A stretch of DNA of 64,000 bases from Saprospira grandis (GCF_027594745.1 NZ_CP110854.1:1244241-1308240); one strand, 5' to 3'; positions 37,577-45,826 are shown, counted from the stretch's first letter. The notes: a model not told the origin generated them from the letters alone. Translations and numbers: made by a program.

Positions 37577-39421
37577 TTAATTAATCTTTACTACACCACC
37601 TTTGACTTCGCAAAGTCCGCCCCCTTCCAATTTGGCCGAGGCAGAACCCTTGAGTTCCATAGTGGTAGAGCCTTCCCCTTTAACGGCTAGGGCCTTAATA
37701 GAGAAGTTGGCGACCGCCTCCATTTTGGTATCGGACTTTGATTTAGTCTCGATGTTAATGTCGGCCTCCATTTTAATATTTTTCTTGGCTTTAACGACAA
37801 AGTCGCCATCGGTCTCGAAGAGAATCCCGTTCTTATCCATCAACATTTTGTTGACGTTTACGGGGTCTTCAATCAGGATCGTATCTTCATCATCATTGAG
37901 CTCGATAATCATCTTATCTTCCGTAATGATCTTGACAATATTTTTGCCTGGATCATCCTGAAGTTCAATCCGGGTTTTCCCCTTATTGATAGAAATCGCC
38001 TTAAAGATGTTGGGGTCTGCGGGAATATGCGTTTCCTCGGTCGTGATTCCTCTGCCGCTACTATACATAGAGCCCAGAATGACCGGATAGGTGGGGTCTG
38101 AGTTGAAAAAGCCAACCACCACCTCATCCCCTACTTCGGGATAGAAAACAAAACCGCAATCTTCGGTAGCATAATAATGCGCCATACGGGCCCAAACGCC
38201 CTCTCCAGCTTGGTCATCAATAATAGGGATATTGATGAGGACGCGGAATTCGCCATCGGGATCCGAGTCAATTTGCTTGACCACCCCATGCTGAAGCCCA
38301 TGAATAGCGGGCAACATTCCGCCTGCGGGCCGAGAGCTAGCCGTAATATTAGCTTCCATATAAGGTTGGGGATCCATGCCCAAGCCCACCTCGGTCAACC
38401 ATTGGCCTTTCATGACCGTATGGCGAATTCGGCTAACATAAGCATCGCCAACAAAGCGAGTTCCAAAGCCAAATAGCTCAATCGTTTTACCCAATTCCGC
38501 CTTAGCAGAACCATAAAATTTGAGGCTCCCTCGGATGCGAGAAAGATGTCCTCTTTGGTAAACCGAATCGGCCCAAGACTGGATCACATCCTTAGTGACC
38601 GGCGGAGTTGTTTTGACCGTATTCTTCGGTTCAATCACTGCGCCCAGCTTTCCAGGATCCAAATCGCCCTGAGCATTTACAGAAGGTTTGGCCCCATCGG
38701 CCGTAACAATGGCCAAATCGGTATGGCTCCAACAAGTAGCGCCCACCTCCGTATATTGGTAAGTCGAATCGATATTCATATCCATCTCCACCAAATCATT
38801 TCCATAAGAAATGACCAGTTCAGACTTTTCGCTCACCGTAGGTTTCTTAATCGTAATTTCGCCATCATTGATAATGGTCACCAAGCTATTCACATCGGCC
38901 CGAGACTGAATAAAATCCCAGTCCGTACTCCAATACTGAATCAGTTTTTTGTGTGTGCCCGAAGTCCCTTCCACATCTGCAGAAAGTCCAGCTTCACTCA
39001 CCACAGCCGAAATAATATCCGAGTCGGCCTGATCATAAAACACCTTGTTTTTACGGCCAACCGTTAGCTTGAGCGCCTCATCCTTACACTTGAGTACCAA
39101 AGCGGCACCACTATAATTAGACTGCTTAATACCGTGCTCCACCAAGATCCCCTTATAAAGAGTTTCCTCCTTACCTGGGCCATATCCCGCTTTCACTTCT
39201 ACCTCCTTGCCCGGCTCAAACATGGCATCTTCAGAGGTAGGAAACTTTTGCTCCCGAGTATCTCCGTCCTTGAGTGTAATACGAGCATAAGGAATTTTAT
39301 TCAGCTCCTTAACAATATCTACACTCTCCACGACCATTGTTTTAGGCACCTCAGTTCCATCAATCAGTACAAGTACCGACAGATAGCCTTCGCCCATGCC
39401 TTTTACTGGAGAATCTGCCAT
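37577..39421 (-). CDS. VgrG / gp27-gp5-like central spike (baseplate hub) protein
   Basis: 614 aa. Central block GFGTRFVGDAYVSRIRHTVMKGQWLTEVGLGMD and YYATEDCGFVFYPEVGDEVVVGFFNSDPTYPVILGSMYS resemble phage late-control D / gp5 OB regions. C-terminal beta-helix-like repeats follow (KMEADINIETKSKSDTKMEAVANFSIKALAVKGEGSTTMELKGSASAKLEGGGLCEVKGGVVKIN). Immediately upstream of PAAR. Confidence 0.7.
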   Translation of the reverse strand: MADSPVKGMGEGYLSVLVLIDGTEVPKTMVVESVDIVKELNKIPYARITLKDGDTREQKFPTSEDAMFEPGKEVEVKAGYGPGKEETLYKGILVEHGIKQSNYSGAALVLKCKDEALKLTVGRKNKVFYDQADSDIISAVVSEAGLSADVEGTSGTHKKLIQYWSTDWDFIQSRADVNSLVTIINDGEITIKKPTVSEKSELVISYGNDLVEMDMNIDSTYQYTEVGATCWSHTDLAIVTADGAKPSVNAQGDLDPGKLGAVIEPKNTVKTTPPVTKDVIQSWADSVYQRGHLSRIRGSLKFYGSAKAELGKTIELFGFGTRFVGDAYVSRIRHTVMKGQWLTEVGLGMDPQPYMEANITASSRPAGGMLPAIHGLQHGVVKQIDSDPDGEFRVLINIPIIDDQAGEGVWARMAHYYATEDCGFVFYPEVGDEVVVGFFNSDPTYPVILGSMYSSGRGITTEETHIPADPNIFKAISINKGKTRIELQDDPGKNIVKIITEDKMIIELNDDEDTILIEDPVNVNKMLMDKNGILFETDGDFVVKAKKNIKMEADINIETKSKSDTKMEAVANFSIKALAVKGEGSTTMELKGSASAKLEGGGLCEVKGGVVKIN

Positions 39422-39457
39422 TTTTCTTTATTTATCTTCTAGTTAATTGAGTCAATT

Positions 39458-39646
39458 CTATCGATTCATTTTGTACTCCCAAGCTTCCATTGCTCGGCGC
39501 ACCGCTTCCTGAATCAAGATTTCTTTATCTTTTTCGGTCATGCCTTTCCCCTGTTCCTTTCCATCTCCTTTTCCCTGACCTTTGCCCCCACCATTTTCTG
39601 CATTCACATTAGTGTTGACATTCATTTCTTTTACTGTTACTGCCAT
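39458..39646 (-). CDS. Small Gly/Lys-rich hypothetical protein (62 aa) inside the eCIS operon
   Basis: MAVTVKEMNVNTNVNAENGGGKGQGKGDGKEQGKGMTEKDKEILIQEAVRRAMEAWEYKMNR. Sits 36 bp upstream of the spike gene. Coding status uncertain. Confidence 0.3.
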   Translation of the reverse strand: MAVTVKEMNVNTNVNAENGGGKGQGKGDGKEQGKGMTEKDKEILIQEAVRRAMEAWEYKMNR

Positions 39647-39681
39647 AAGCTCTATATTTTTTTGCTGTTTTTAAGCCAGTT

Positions 39682-39815
39682 TTTTGGGGGCCTGCGGGCT
39701 TCGCCCGCCGCTATGTTGCAGGGCTCGCAAGCCTGCTCGGCCCTTCGCAAAAGCTTCGCTTTTGCTCGGTCTGGCCCTGCGGGCCACCCTTCCACAGCGC
39801 TAGGCCAAAAACGGC
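39682..39815. repeat. GC-rich intergenic repeat family copy (type 2, forward) inside the eCIS operon
   Basis: TTTTGGGGGCCTGCGGGCTTCGCCCGCCGCTATGTTGCAGGGCTCGCAAGCCTGCTCGGCCCTTCGC...GGTCTGGCCCTGCGGGCCACCCTTCCACAGCGCTAGGCC. Ends 5 bp before the stop of gene 39821..40510. Confidence 0.8.
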
Positions 39816-39820
39816 TTCGC

Positions 39821-40510
39821 TTAATGGGCCACCACCTTAGAGAAAGCGTAAGAAAGTTCAATTTCTTGGACCAGCAAATCCTCTGAAGTAGAGTTGAGCG
39901 AGCTCAAGCTCATTTTAGAGGGATAAGCAAAATTAAACTCCATAGAAATCAAAATTTGCGGCTTTCCAGATTTTGTCAAGTTTGGGTGCATTACATTTAC
40001 CTGTACCCCCTTGAGCTTAATCTGCTCATTCCAAGAAGCCATGGCCTCAAAACTTTCTTCACACCATTTGGTCCAAGGATCCGAGCTTTTAATGACATCT
40101 GGGCGCACCAAGCGCTTTAGCGTAATGGCCGAGTTTTTCATTTTATCGGGTAAGTCAATTGGATAATTATATCCCCCCTCATTATACGTCTTCTTTCCCT
40201 CCAAACCAATCTCCAAACCACTCACCTCAATAAAGGAGTTATGAATATTGGTATCGCCAGGAGTAGGTAAGCCATTGGCTCCGCCACCGTCTATCTTATT
40301 GATTGCCTTTTTCATCATTCCTCCAATCATTCCTCCTACAAAGGTATCTACAGCCCCTTTAGCAACTCCCGCCAAAAAGCTATTCCCTTCATGCTTCTGA
40401 TCATACATCTGCACATCAAAATAAAAGGCAGGAATGGGCGAGGTCGTTTTTTCGTCCTCTTTCATGACTTCATCTAAGAAGCGCTCAAATGGGCTAATGG
40501 TATTATTCAT
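39821..40510 (-). CDS. Tube-fold protein with C-terminal extension (tube initiator / Afp7- or Afp5-like)
   Basis: 229 aa. N-terminal PIPAFYFDVQMYD and internal NSAITLKRL echo the tube-protein motifs (KFYFSIEID / SNITLKKGTF) of the two downstream tube genes, with ~80 extra C-terminal residues. Confidence 0.45.
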   Translation of the reverse strand: MNNTISPFERFLDEVMKEDEKTTSPIPAFYFDVQMYDQKHEGNSFLAGVAKGAVDTFVGGMIGGMMKKAINKIDGGGANGLPTPGDTNIHNSFIEVSGLEIGLEGKKTYNEGGYNYPIDLPDKMKNSAITLKRLVRPDVIKSSDPWTKWCEESFEAMASWNEQIKLKGVQVNVMHPNLTKSGKPQILISMEFNFAYPSKMSLSSLNSTSEDLLVQEIELSYAFSKVVAH

Positions 40511-40570
40511 ATCTTATTGGGATTATCTACAGCGATTGGTCTAAAAGTTAATGTGCTAAGCGGTTTTATC

Positions 40571-41029
40571 CTAACCGCCCACCTCCGTTTCAAAATGACG
40601 GAAGGCAAACTCCATTTCTTCTACTGCCACCTCATTTTCAGATTCGGCATCAAAGTTAGAGGGAATATATTTTGTGATAAAGGCCTTTTCGAGTCGCCAG
40701 ATAAACTGCGTCTCCATATTGTGGTCCAAAAGGTGGATTTCAATAGTTCGGCGAGAAGTATACTCTCGACTCACCGCCACCTGGTCAAACAATCGGCTCA
40801 TTTGATCATCTTGAGAAAACGATCCTTTTTTAAGGGTAATGCGGCTGTATTGTAACATACCAGGCATGCGCTCCTTTCCAAAAAAGGGAGAATTACCATC
40901 TCGGTACTCAATCACCCCAATTTCTGCCTCCAAGCCATCTACAGTTTGAAAAGACATTTCAATTGGACCAATAAACACCCGAAAGCTAAAGCGCGTTAGG
41001 GGCCAAGTCATTGTGGAATCTGAACTCAT
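40571..41029 (-). CDS. Tail tube protein (T4 gp19-like / Afp1-like), copy 2
   Basis: 152 aa. MSSDSTMTWPLTRFSFRVFIGP...MLQYSRITLKKGSF...IEIHLLDHNMETQFIWRLEKAFITKYIPSNFDAESENEVAVEEMEF is collinear with copy 1. Confidence 0.75.
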   Translation of the reverse strand: MSSDSTMTWPLTRFSFRVFIGPIEMSFQTVDGLEAEIGVIEYRDGNSPFFGKERMPGMLQYSRITLKKGSFSQDDQMSRLFDQVAVSREYTSRRTIEIHLLDHNMETQFIWRLEKAFITKYIPSNFDAESENEVAVEEMEFAFRHFETEVGG

Positions 41030-41277
41030 AACATCTATTTTTAAGAAAGCGGCTACCCAAGTTAACTAGCTAAATACTAGGGCCAAGGCAAAGTTTTTTT
41101 GGGCCTATGCCCTGAAAATAGCGCTTAGCGATACTGCCTTTCATTATCAAGCAGTTAAGACCTGCTATAAGTTAAGCGCTTTAGGCTACTAAATTAAAGA
41201 AAAAATCTTAATAGCACAAAAAAAACCTAGCAGGTTTTTACCTGCCAGGTTTATTTTATTGCTAAGCTAAATTAAGC

Positions 41278-41733
41278 TTATGCAGTTTCCATAGTCCACT
41301 CTTCGCAGCAGAACTCAAGTTCTTCGATAGCGACTTCAGAGTCAGCTTCTGCGTCAAAAGGAGTAGGAGTAAACTTAGTAACGAAAGCGTTGAGTAGCGT
41401 CCAAGTGAAAACGATCTCATCAGCTTCATTCATCAAGTGAATGATTACAGTGCGGCGCTCAGTGTGTTGGTGGTCAACTGAAAGCTCTTTGTACCACTGA
41501 TAGAGGTAGTCATCGCTCTGGAAAGTACCCTTCTTCAAGGTGATGTTGCTATAAGACATCAAACCGGGACGCTTAGTCTTGTAGAAGTTGGTAGAGTTAC
41601 CTGCGCGGTACTCCATTACAGAAATCTCAGTCTCAAGACCTTCGATTGTCTGGAAGCCCAAAGTGTTGGGGATATTGTCAATCTCGATAGAGAAATAAAA
41701 CTTAGGCAGTGGCCATTCTGTTGTTGCAGACAT
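41278..41733 (-). CDS. Tail tube protein (T4 gp19-like / Afp1/Hcp-like), copy 1
   Basis: 151 aa. MSATTEWPLPKFYFSIEIDN...GLMSYSNITLKKGTF...VIIHLMNEADEIVFTWTLLNAFVTKFTPTPFDAEADSEVAIEELEF is characteristic of eCIS/T4 tube proteins. Confidence 0.8.
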   Translation of the reverse strand: MSATTEWPLPKFYFSIEIDNIPNTLGFQTIEGLETEISVMEYRAGNSTNFYKTKRPGLMSYSNITLKKGTFQSDDYLYQWYKELSVDHQHTERRTVIIHLMNEADEIVFTWTLLNAFVTKFTPTPFDAEADSEVAIEELEFCCEEWTMETA

Positions 41734-41845
41734 GATATATGGCGTTTAAAAGTATGATCTAAATTTAAAATGTTGATGCTCTCTCGTTTGAGCCCAAGAG
41801 AAAGGCTAAATGCTTTAGATGTCATCTCTAAGTTAAGCGCAAAGC

Positions 41846-43339
41846 TTACTCAGCACCACCGGGCATTTTTTGCTGGAAGGTGATAACGATGAATTCAGCA
41901 GGACGAGAGATAGCTACTTTCACAGAAACTTTCATGTAACCATCTAGGATATCCTGAGGAGTCATAGTTGTACCCAAACCAACCTCAACTTGGAAAGCCT
42001 GATCTTCAGTAGCACCTACCAAAGCACCTGCTTGCCACTGGCTACGCAAGAAAGAACCAATCATTGATTTAACTGCGATCCAAGTGTTAGCGTCATTGGG
42101 ACGGAATACGAAGGGCTCACAAGCGAACTTCACAGACTGCTCCAACATGATCATAGTACGACGTACGTTGATGTAGCGCCAGTCTTGGCTGTTACCGTCT
42201 AGCGTACGAGCACCCCATACCAAAGTACCTTTTCCAACGAAAGGACGGATAGCGTTGATTGCTTTACCGCTCAAAGGCAAGTTCAAGTCTTCTTGCTCAG
42301 TAGCAGAAATGTTCACAGTAGGTCCAGTTACAGAAGAAACTGATACGTTAGCAGGAGCTTTGAATACACCTACAGTGCTATCTACCAAAGAGTATAGACC
42401 AGCTACAGCGCCAGAAGGAGGCAATACGTTCAACATATCACGCATTTGACCCAATACATCATTGTATACAGGGCTTACAGCCTTCATGATGTTGTGTACA
42501 GCAGTTACGTTAGCATCAGCGTCAGCCATCTTAGCGATTTCAGCTTTGATCAACTCACCTTTTTCAGCTTTAACGAAACCAGCAGCTACGTTGTCATCTA
42601 CTTCTTTGTTAAGCAGTTCAACGAAACCTTCTAGGTTAGCAACGTTAGTGTAGTCAAACTCATCAGCTTGAACAACAGTAGCTTTCAACCAAGGGTAGTA
42701 AGCTGCACCGAAGTCTAGGAAGTTGTTGCCATAAGCCTCACGAGCGCGAGTTACAACATCATCATCTAGCATGCTGCGAGATTCGTTACCGTTCCATACG
42801 TCAAGGATAGCGAAGCGGCTGCGAGTATCAGCACCACAGTGCTTCAACATAGCTTGCTGTACAGTAGCACAGTCACCTTCTTCCAAAGAGATAGCATCGG
42901 GAACTACAAGCAAAGTAGGCTCTTGCTCCTTCAACAAAGCAGTGATACCACCGCCGTTCTCAGCACCCACTAGGGTCTTGGGAGAAACGTCGTCGTTGTA
43001 TCCACCAACAGAAACGATGTAGCAAGTTCCACCGCCGTTAGCGTAGAACATTTGAAGGCTACGGAACAACATGTAGTTACCGCCATCAACAGAAACGGTG
43101 TAGTTGTCGCCTTCAGCATCAACGTTGAAAGTAGTTTTGGGAGCACCACCGAAATAAGATAGGTACTCAACCAAAGAAGTAATGCGCATTGGCGTGTTGG
43201 TCAAGTCGCGCTTACCAGCAGCGGCTTTCTCAGTGTGGCCAATGAAAGCAGGGATAGCAGTTCCTACTGCTACAACAGAATTCGAAAAGGCGCTTTTTTC
43301 TTCGATATAAACGCCTGGTGTTGCATACTGTTTTGCCAT
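41846..43339 (-). CDS. Contractile tail sheath protein
   Basis: 497 aa. N-terminus MAKQYATPGVYIEEKSAF...VGTAIPAFIGHTEKA is the canonical sheath start (PGVYIEE, AIPAFIG). Sits immediately upstream of the tube genes. Confidence 0.85.
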   Translation of the reverse strand: MAKQYATPGVYIEEKSAFSNSVVAVGTAIPAFIGHTEKAAAGKRDLTNTPMRITSLVEYLSYFGGAPKTTFNVDAEGDNYTVSVDGGNYMLFRSLQMFYANGGGTCYIVSVGGYNDDVSPKTLVGAENGGGITALLKEQEPTLLVVPDAISLEEGDCATVQQAMLKHCGADTRSRFAILDVWNGNESRSMLDDDVVTRAREAYGNNFLDFGAAYYPWLKATVVQADEFDYTNVANLEGFVELLNKEVDDNVAAGFVKAEKGELIKAEIAKMADADANVTAVHNIMKAVSPVYNDVLGQMRDMLNVLPPSGAVAGLYSLVDSTVGVFKAPANVSVSSVTGPTVNISATEQEDLNLPLSGKAINAIRPFVGKGTLVWGARTLDGNSQDWRYINVRRTMIMLEQSVKFACEPFVFRPNDANTWIAVKSMIGSFLRSQWQAGALVGATEDQAFQVEVGLGTTMTPQDILDGYMKVSVKVAISRPAEFIVITFQQKMPGGAE

Positions 43340-43394
43340 GATTTAATTTATTTTGAAAAGTTTAATTGATTTACAAATTTATTTTGTCATCTGA

Positions 43395-44522
43395 TTACAA
43401 ATATACAATTATTTCGGAAAATACACCATCCTCAACGTTAAAATCTGTTTTTAATATTGATTTTGCTGAATGATTGGGTAAATCTGTAATCCATTCGATT
43501 CCATTTTTGCCTCTTTTGGTCCGTAACTTAAAGCGACTCAGCTGTTTTTCCTTAAAAGGAACAGGCTCTGAAGTTTTGACCAAAACGGCCAGTTCGCCAG
43601 AAGGCATAAGTACCTCCTCGGCCTCTTCAAAGTCTACTGTCTCGCCAGCTCGACCATTATCGTAGGCCTCATGTCCTTTGTGCTGCTTATCCTCAGTCAT
43701 TTCTACTATATAGTAATGCCAAGGTAAAGCCCTAGCTGGAAAATGGATATTATACTCTCTTTTGGGCAACAACTTTCCCTGCTCATCAAAAAAGCGGTAA
43801 GGGCTGTCATCCTCCTTATCTATATAAATATCCACCACTCCCCAAATTCCGGCAGTTCCCTCAGGAGCCAAATAAAAAGTATATTCTTCCAAACCATCTA
43901 GCTGCAAAATATACTTTCCCGCTGGGGCATCAGGCATGACCACATCTACATGGGCATTTTCACCTTCCTGCTCCAAAAAGAAATAAGACTGGCCCAACTC
44001 ATCTACTACCTCGATTTCCGCATCCTCCTCTTCATCATCAAATTCGTAGCGGAAAACAGGCCCTTCAAGCGGTAAGCGATCCATCTCAGAAACCAACTCA
44101 TCATTAGACAAATTGCCCTCCTCATCTTCAATCTTATCTTCGGCCCGATTCGTAAAGTGATAAATATAGTCACCAAACTCATAAGGGAGGCCCGTATAGT
44201 TAAGGAAGAAAGCATCTTCTACCTTCATCCAAAAACTCAACTTTAAAGGTTTTTCCAAACTTTCTAAAGCAGGCCCTCCAGAAACTGTCTCGCCATAACC
44301 AATCAGCAAATTATTGCCCTCAAAGGCCGTTTTAAGCTGTGTTTGCTTTAGGCGAAAAACCGTATCGGAAGTAGGACTAAGAACTACATCTTTACAGATC
44401 TGCTCATCAAAGTAATCGTGCAGTATCGCTATGTTTAATAGCTGATTGTAGCGAGTTTGAATGTTCAGCAGCATATGATGCTCCATCGGATTCCGTCGCC
44501 TGCTAAATTTACGTCTCTTCAT
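43395..44522 (-). CDS. Acidic hypothetical protein (375 aa) of the eCIS cluster
   Basis: Basic N-terminus MKRRKFSRRRNP, then D/E-rich segments (YEFDDEEEDAEIEVVDELGQSYFFLEQEGENAHVD). No recognisable family. Lies between the cap-like and sheath genes. Confidence 0.5.
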   Translation of the reverse strand: MKRRKFSRRRNPMEHHMLLNIQTRYNQLLNIAILHDYFDEQICKDVVLSPTSDTVFRLKQTQLKTAFEGNNLLIGYGETVSGGPALESLEKPLKLSFWMKVEDAFFLNYTGLPYEFGDYIYHFTNRAEDKIEDEEGNLSNDELVSEMDRLPLEGPVFRYEFDDEEEDAEIEVVDELGQSYFFLEQEGENAHVDVVMPDAPAGKYILQLDGLEEYTFYLAPEGTAGIWGVVDIYIDKEDDSPYRFFDEQGKLLPKREYNIHFPARALPWHYYIVEMTEDKQHKGHEAYDNGRAGETVDFEEAEEVLMPSGELAVLVKTSEPVPFKEKQLSRFKLRTKRGKNGIEWITDLPNHSAKSILKTDFNVEDGVFSEIIVYL

Positions 44523-44689
44523 TAAGCTCTTCTGCTTTAAGTCCCTTAAAATTAGAGAATTTAATTTTGGTCTGCAAAGTTTATTCGCAGTTTTTTTTCA
44601 TTTTTTTTAATAAAAGCTAAAATTTACGTTGACTTAACATTTTTCGTAGATTCAGCTAATATTATTTTGCCATTAGTTAAGCGACAAAG

Positions 44690-44948
44690 CCCAACTACAG
44701 CCGCCCCCATTTGGCCTAGCGATCTGTAGGGGTGGCCAAAGGCCAGACCGAAGCGCGCAGCGCTGACAACAAGGCTGAAAGCCGCAGTTCGATGACCGAA
44801 GGGAATAACGGCCGAGCAACCCGACCAACGGGAGCCGACGCAGCGAAGCAAGTAACAACGAGCCCCGACAACCAGCCTCGAAGAGGCGCCAGTTCGACGA
44901 CCGAGGGGAGTAAACGTAGCGCCTGCCGAAGGCAGGAGGCCCCAAACC
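44690..44948. repeat. Long, divergent copy of the GC-rich repeat family (reverse) with an internal direct repeat, inside the eCIS operon
   Basis: CCTAGCGATCTGTAGGGGTGGCCAAAGGCCAGACCGAAGCGCGCAGCGCTG..., then a ~130-bp insert carrying two similar segments (GCAGTTCGATGACCGAAGGGAATAACG / GCCAGTTCGACGACCGAGGGGAGTAAACG), and ending GCGCCTGCCGAAGGCAGGAGGCCCCAAA. Confidence 0.7.
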
Positions 44949-44951
44949 TTC

Positions 44952-45512
44952 CTAAATCTTGCGAATAGACGGAATTTCTGGCTCGGGCTTCTTATGCTCA
45001 ATCGGAATTGTTTTGAATCGATAGAGCACCGAAGGCAAATACTTGGCCCCTACCCCATTCCAAACATTAGAAATATCGCGAAAATCTGGCGATACCATTT
45101 CGGCAACCAAACGCGTAAGAGTGCCCGAAAGTGCCGGCGTATTTTGCTCATTAAAAACGCCTTGGCGGCTTTGAAAAAAAGCAATGACCGAGCTGACAAA
45201 CTTAAGGCCCTCCAGATAATTTTCATTGGTAAAATAGGCCGAAAACAACATATATATATTGACTTCAACCGGGGGCGTCACCTTGGTAAAATTCCCTCGC
45301 TTATTCGGTTGGTAAGTCGCCGTGCTGCTCTTATTCCGCTCAGCCTCAATGTTAATGATCGTCATCACGATCTTATCGGCCTCTTGCACCGCCATCGAGC
45401 CATCGGCATTTACCAAATGCGAAATGATAACCTTATCCTCTAAAATATTGTGTTTAGACTGCAAAAAGCGGTTGAGCTCGCCCACCACAGCCGTGACAAC
45501 TTTATCAATCAT
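44952..45512 (-). CDS. DUF4255 (Pvc16/Afp16 N-terminal domain)-like protein, putative tail terminator/cap
   Basis: 186 aa. MIDKVVTAVVGELNRFLQSK...ISHLVNADGSMAVQEADKIVMTIINIEAE..., with size, composition and operon position matching the DUF4255 component of eCIS loci. Assignment from memory of the family, not a search. Confidence 0.5.
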   Translation of the reverse strand: MIDKVVTAVVGELNRFLQSKHNILEDKVIISHLVNADGSMAVQEADKIVMTIINIEAERNKSSTATYQPNKRGNFTKVTPPVEVNIYMLFSAYFTNENYLEGLKFVSSVIAFFQSRQGVFNEQNTPALSGTLTRLVAEMVSPDFRDISNVWNGVGAKYLPSVLYRFKTIPIEHKKPEPEIPSIRKI

Positions 45513-45517
45513 AATCC

Positions 45518-45775
45518 TTATTCTTCTTCCTCCTCAGGTTCTGGCTGAGTCAGTGTTTTGATAGAAAGCGCAATAAAACGCATAATATAGATGCCCAAAA
45601 AGGAGGTAAAATAACCAATCAAGTACATCCAGAATACCCAGTTGCGCTCTATTTCACTCATATTCACCACCTCTCTGGTATAACCAAAGAACCAAAGGAA
45701 CACCACCGCCATGGGTAGCGAGACGATCAGGGCCACAATTAGCCAAATGAACTCTCTTGCGATTATTTTAAACAT
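45518..45775 (-). CDS. Small membrane protein (85 aa, 2 TM), first gene of the eCIS operon
   Basis: Two hydrophobic helices (FIWLIVALIVSLPMAVVFLWFFGY / WVFWMYLIGYFTSFLGIYIMRFIAL) and an acidic tail EPEEEEE. 5-bp gap to the DUF4255-like gene. Confidence 0.4.
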   Translation of the reverse strand: MFKIIAREFIWLIVALIVSLPMAVVFLWFFGYTREVVNMSEIERNWVFWMYLIGYFTSFLGIYIMRFIALSIKTLTQPEPEEEEE

Positions 45776-45826
45776 GCTCTATTTTTGTTAGCCTCGATAT
45801 CGTACAAGGTTGTTTTTGATTTTGAT

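Noticed and set aside
31635-45775. Interpreting the contractile-tail cluster as a prophage.
   Set aside because: No capsid, portal, terminase, integrase, repressor or lysis genes occur anywhere in the 64-kb window. The flanks are ordinary chromosomal genes (pdhA, GH18-like proteins). A tail-only module with VgrG/PAAR/gp25 and a DUF4255-like cap fits an eCIS or tailocin better.
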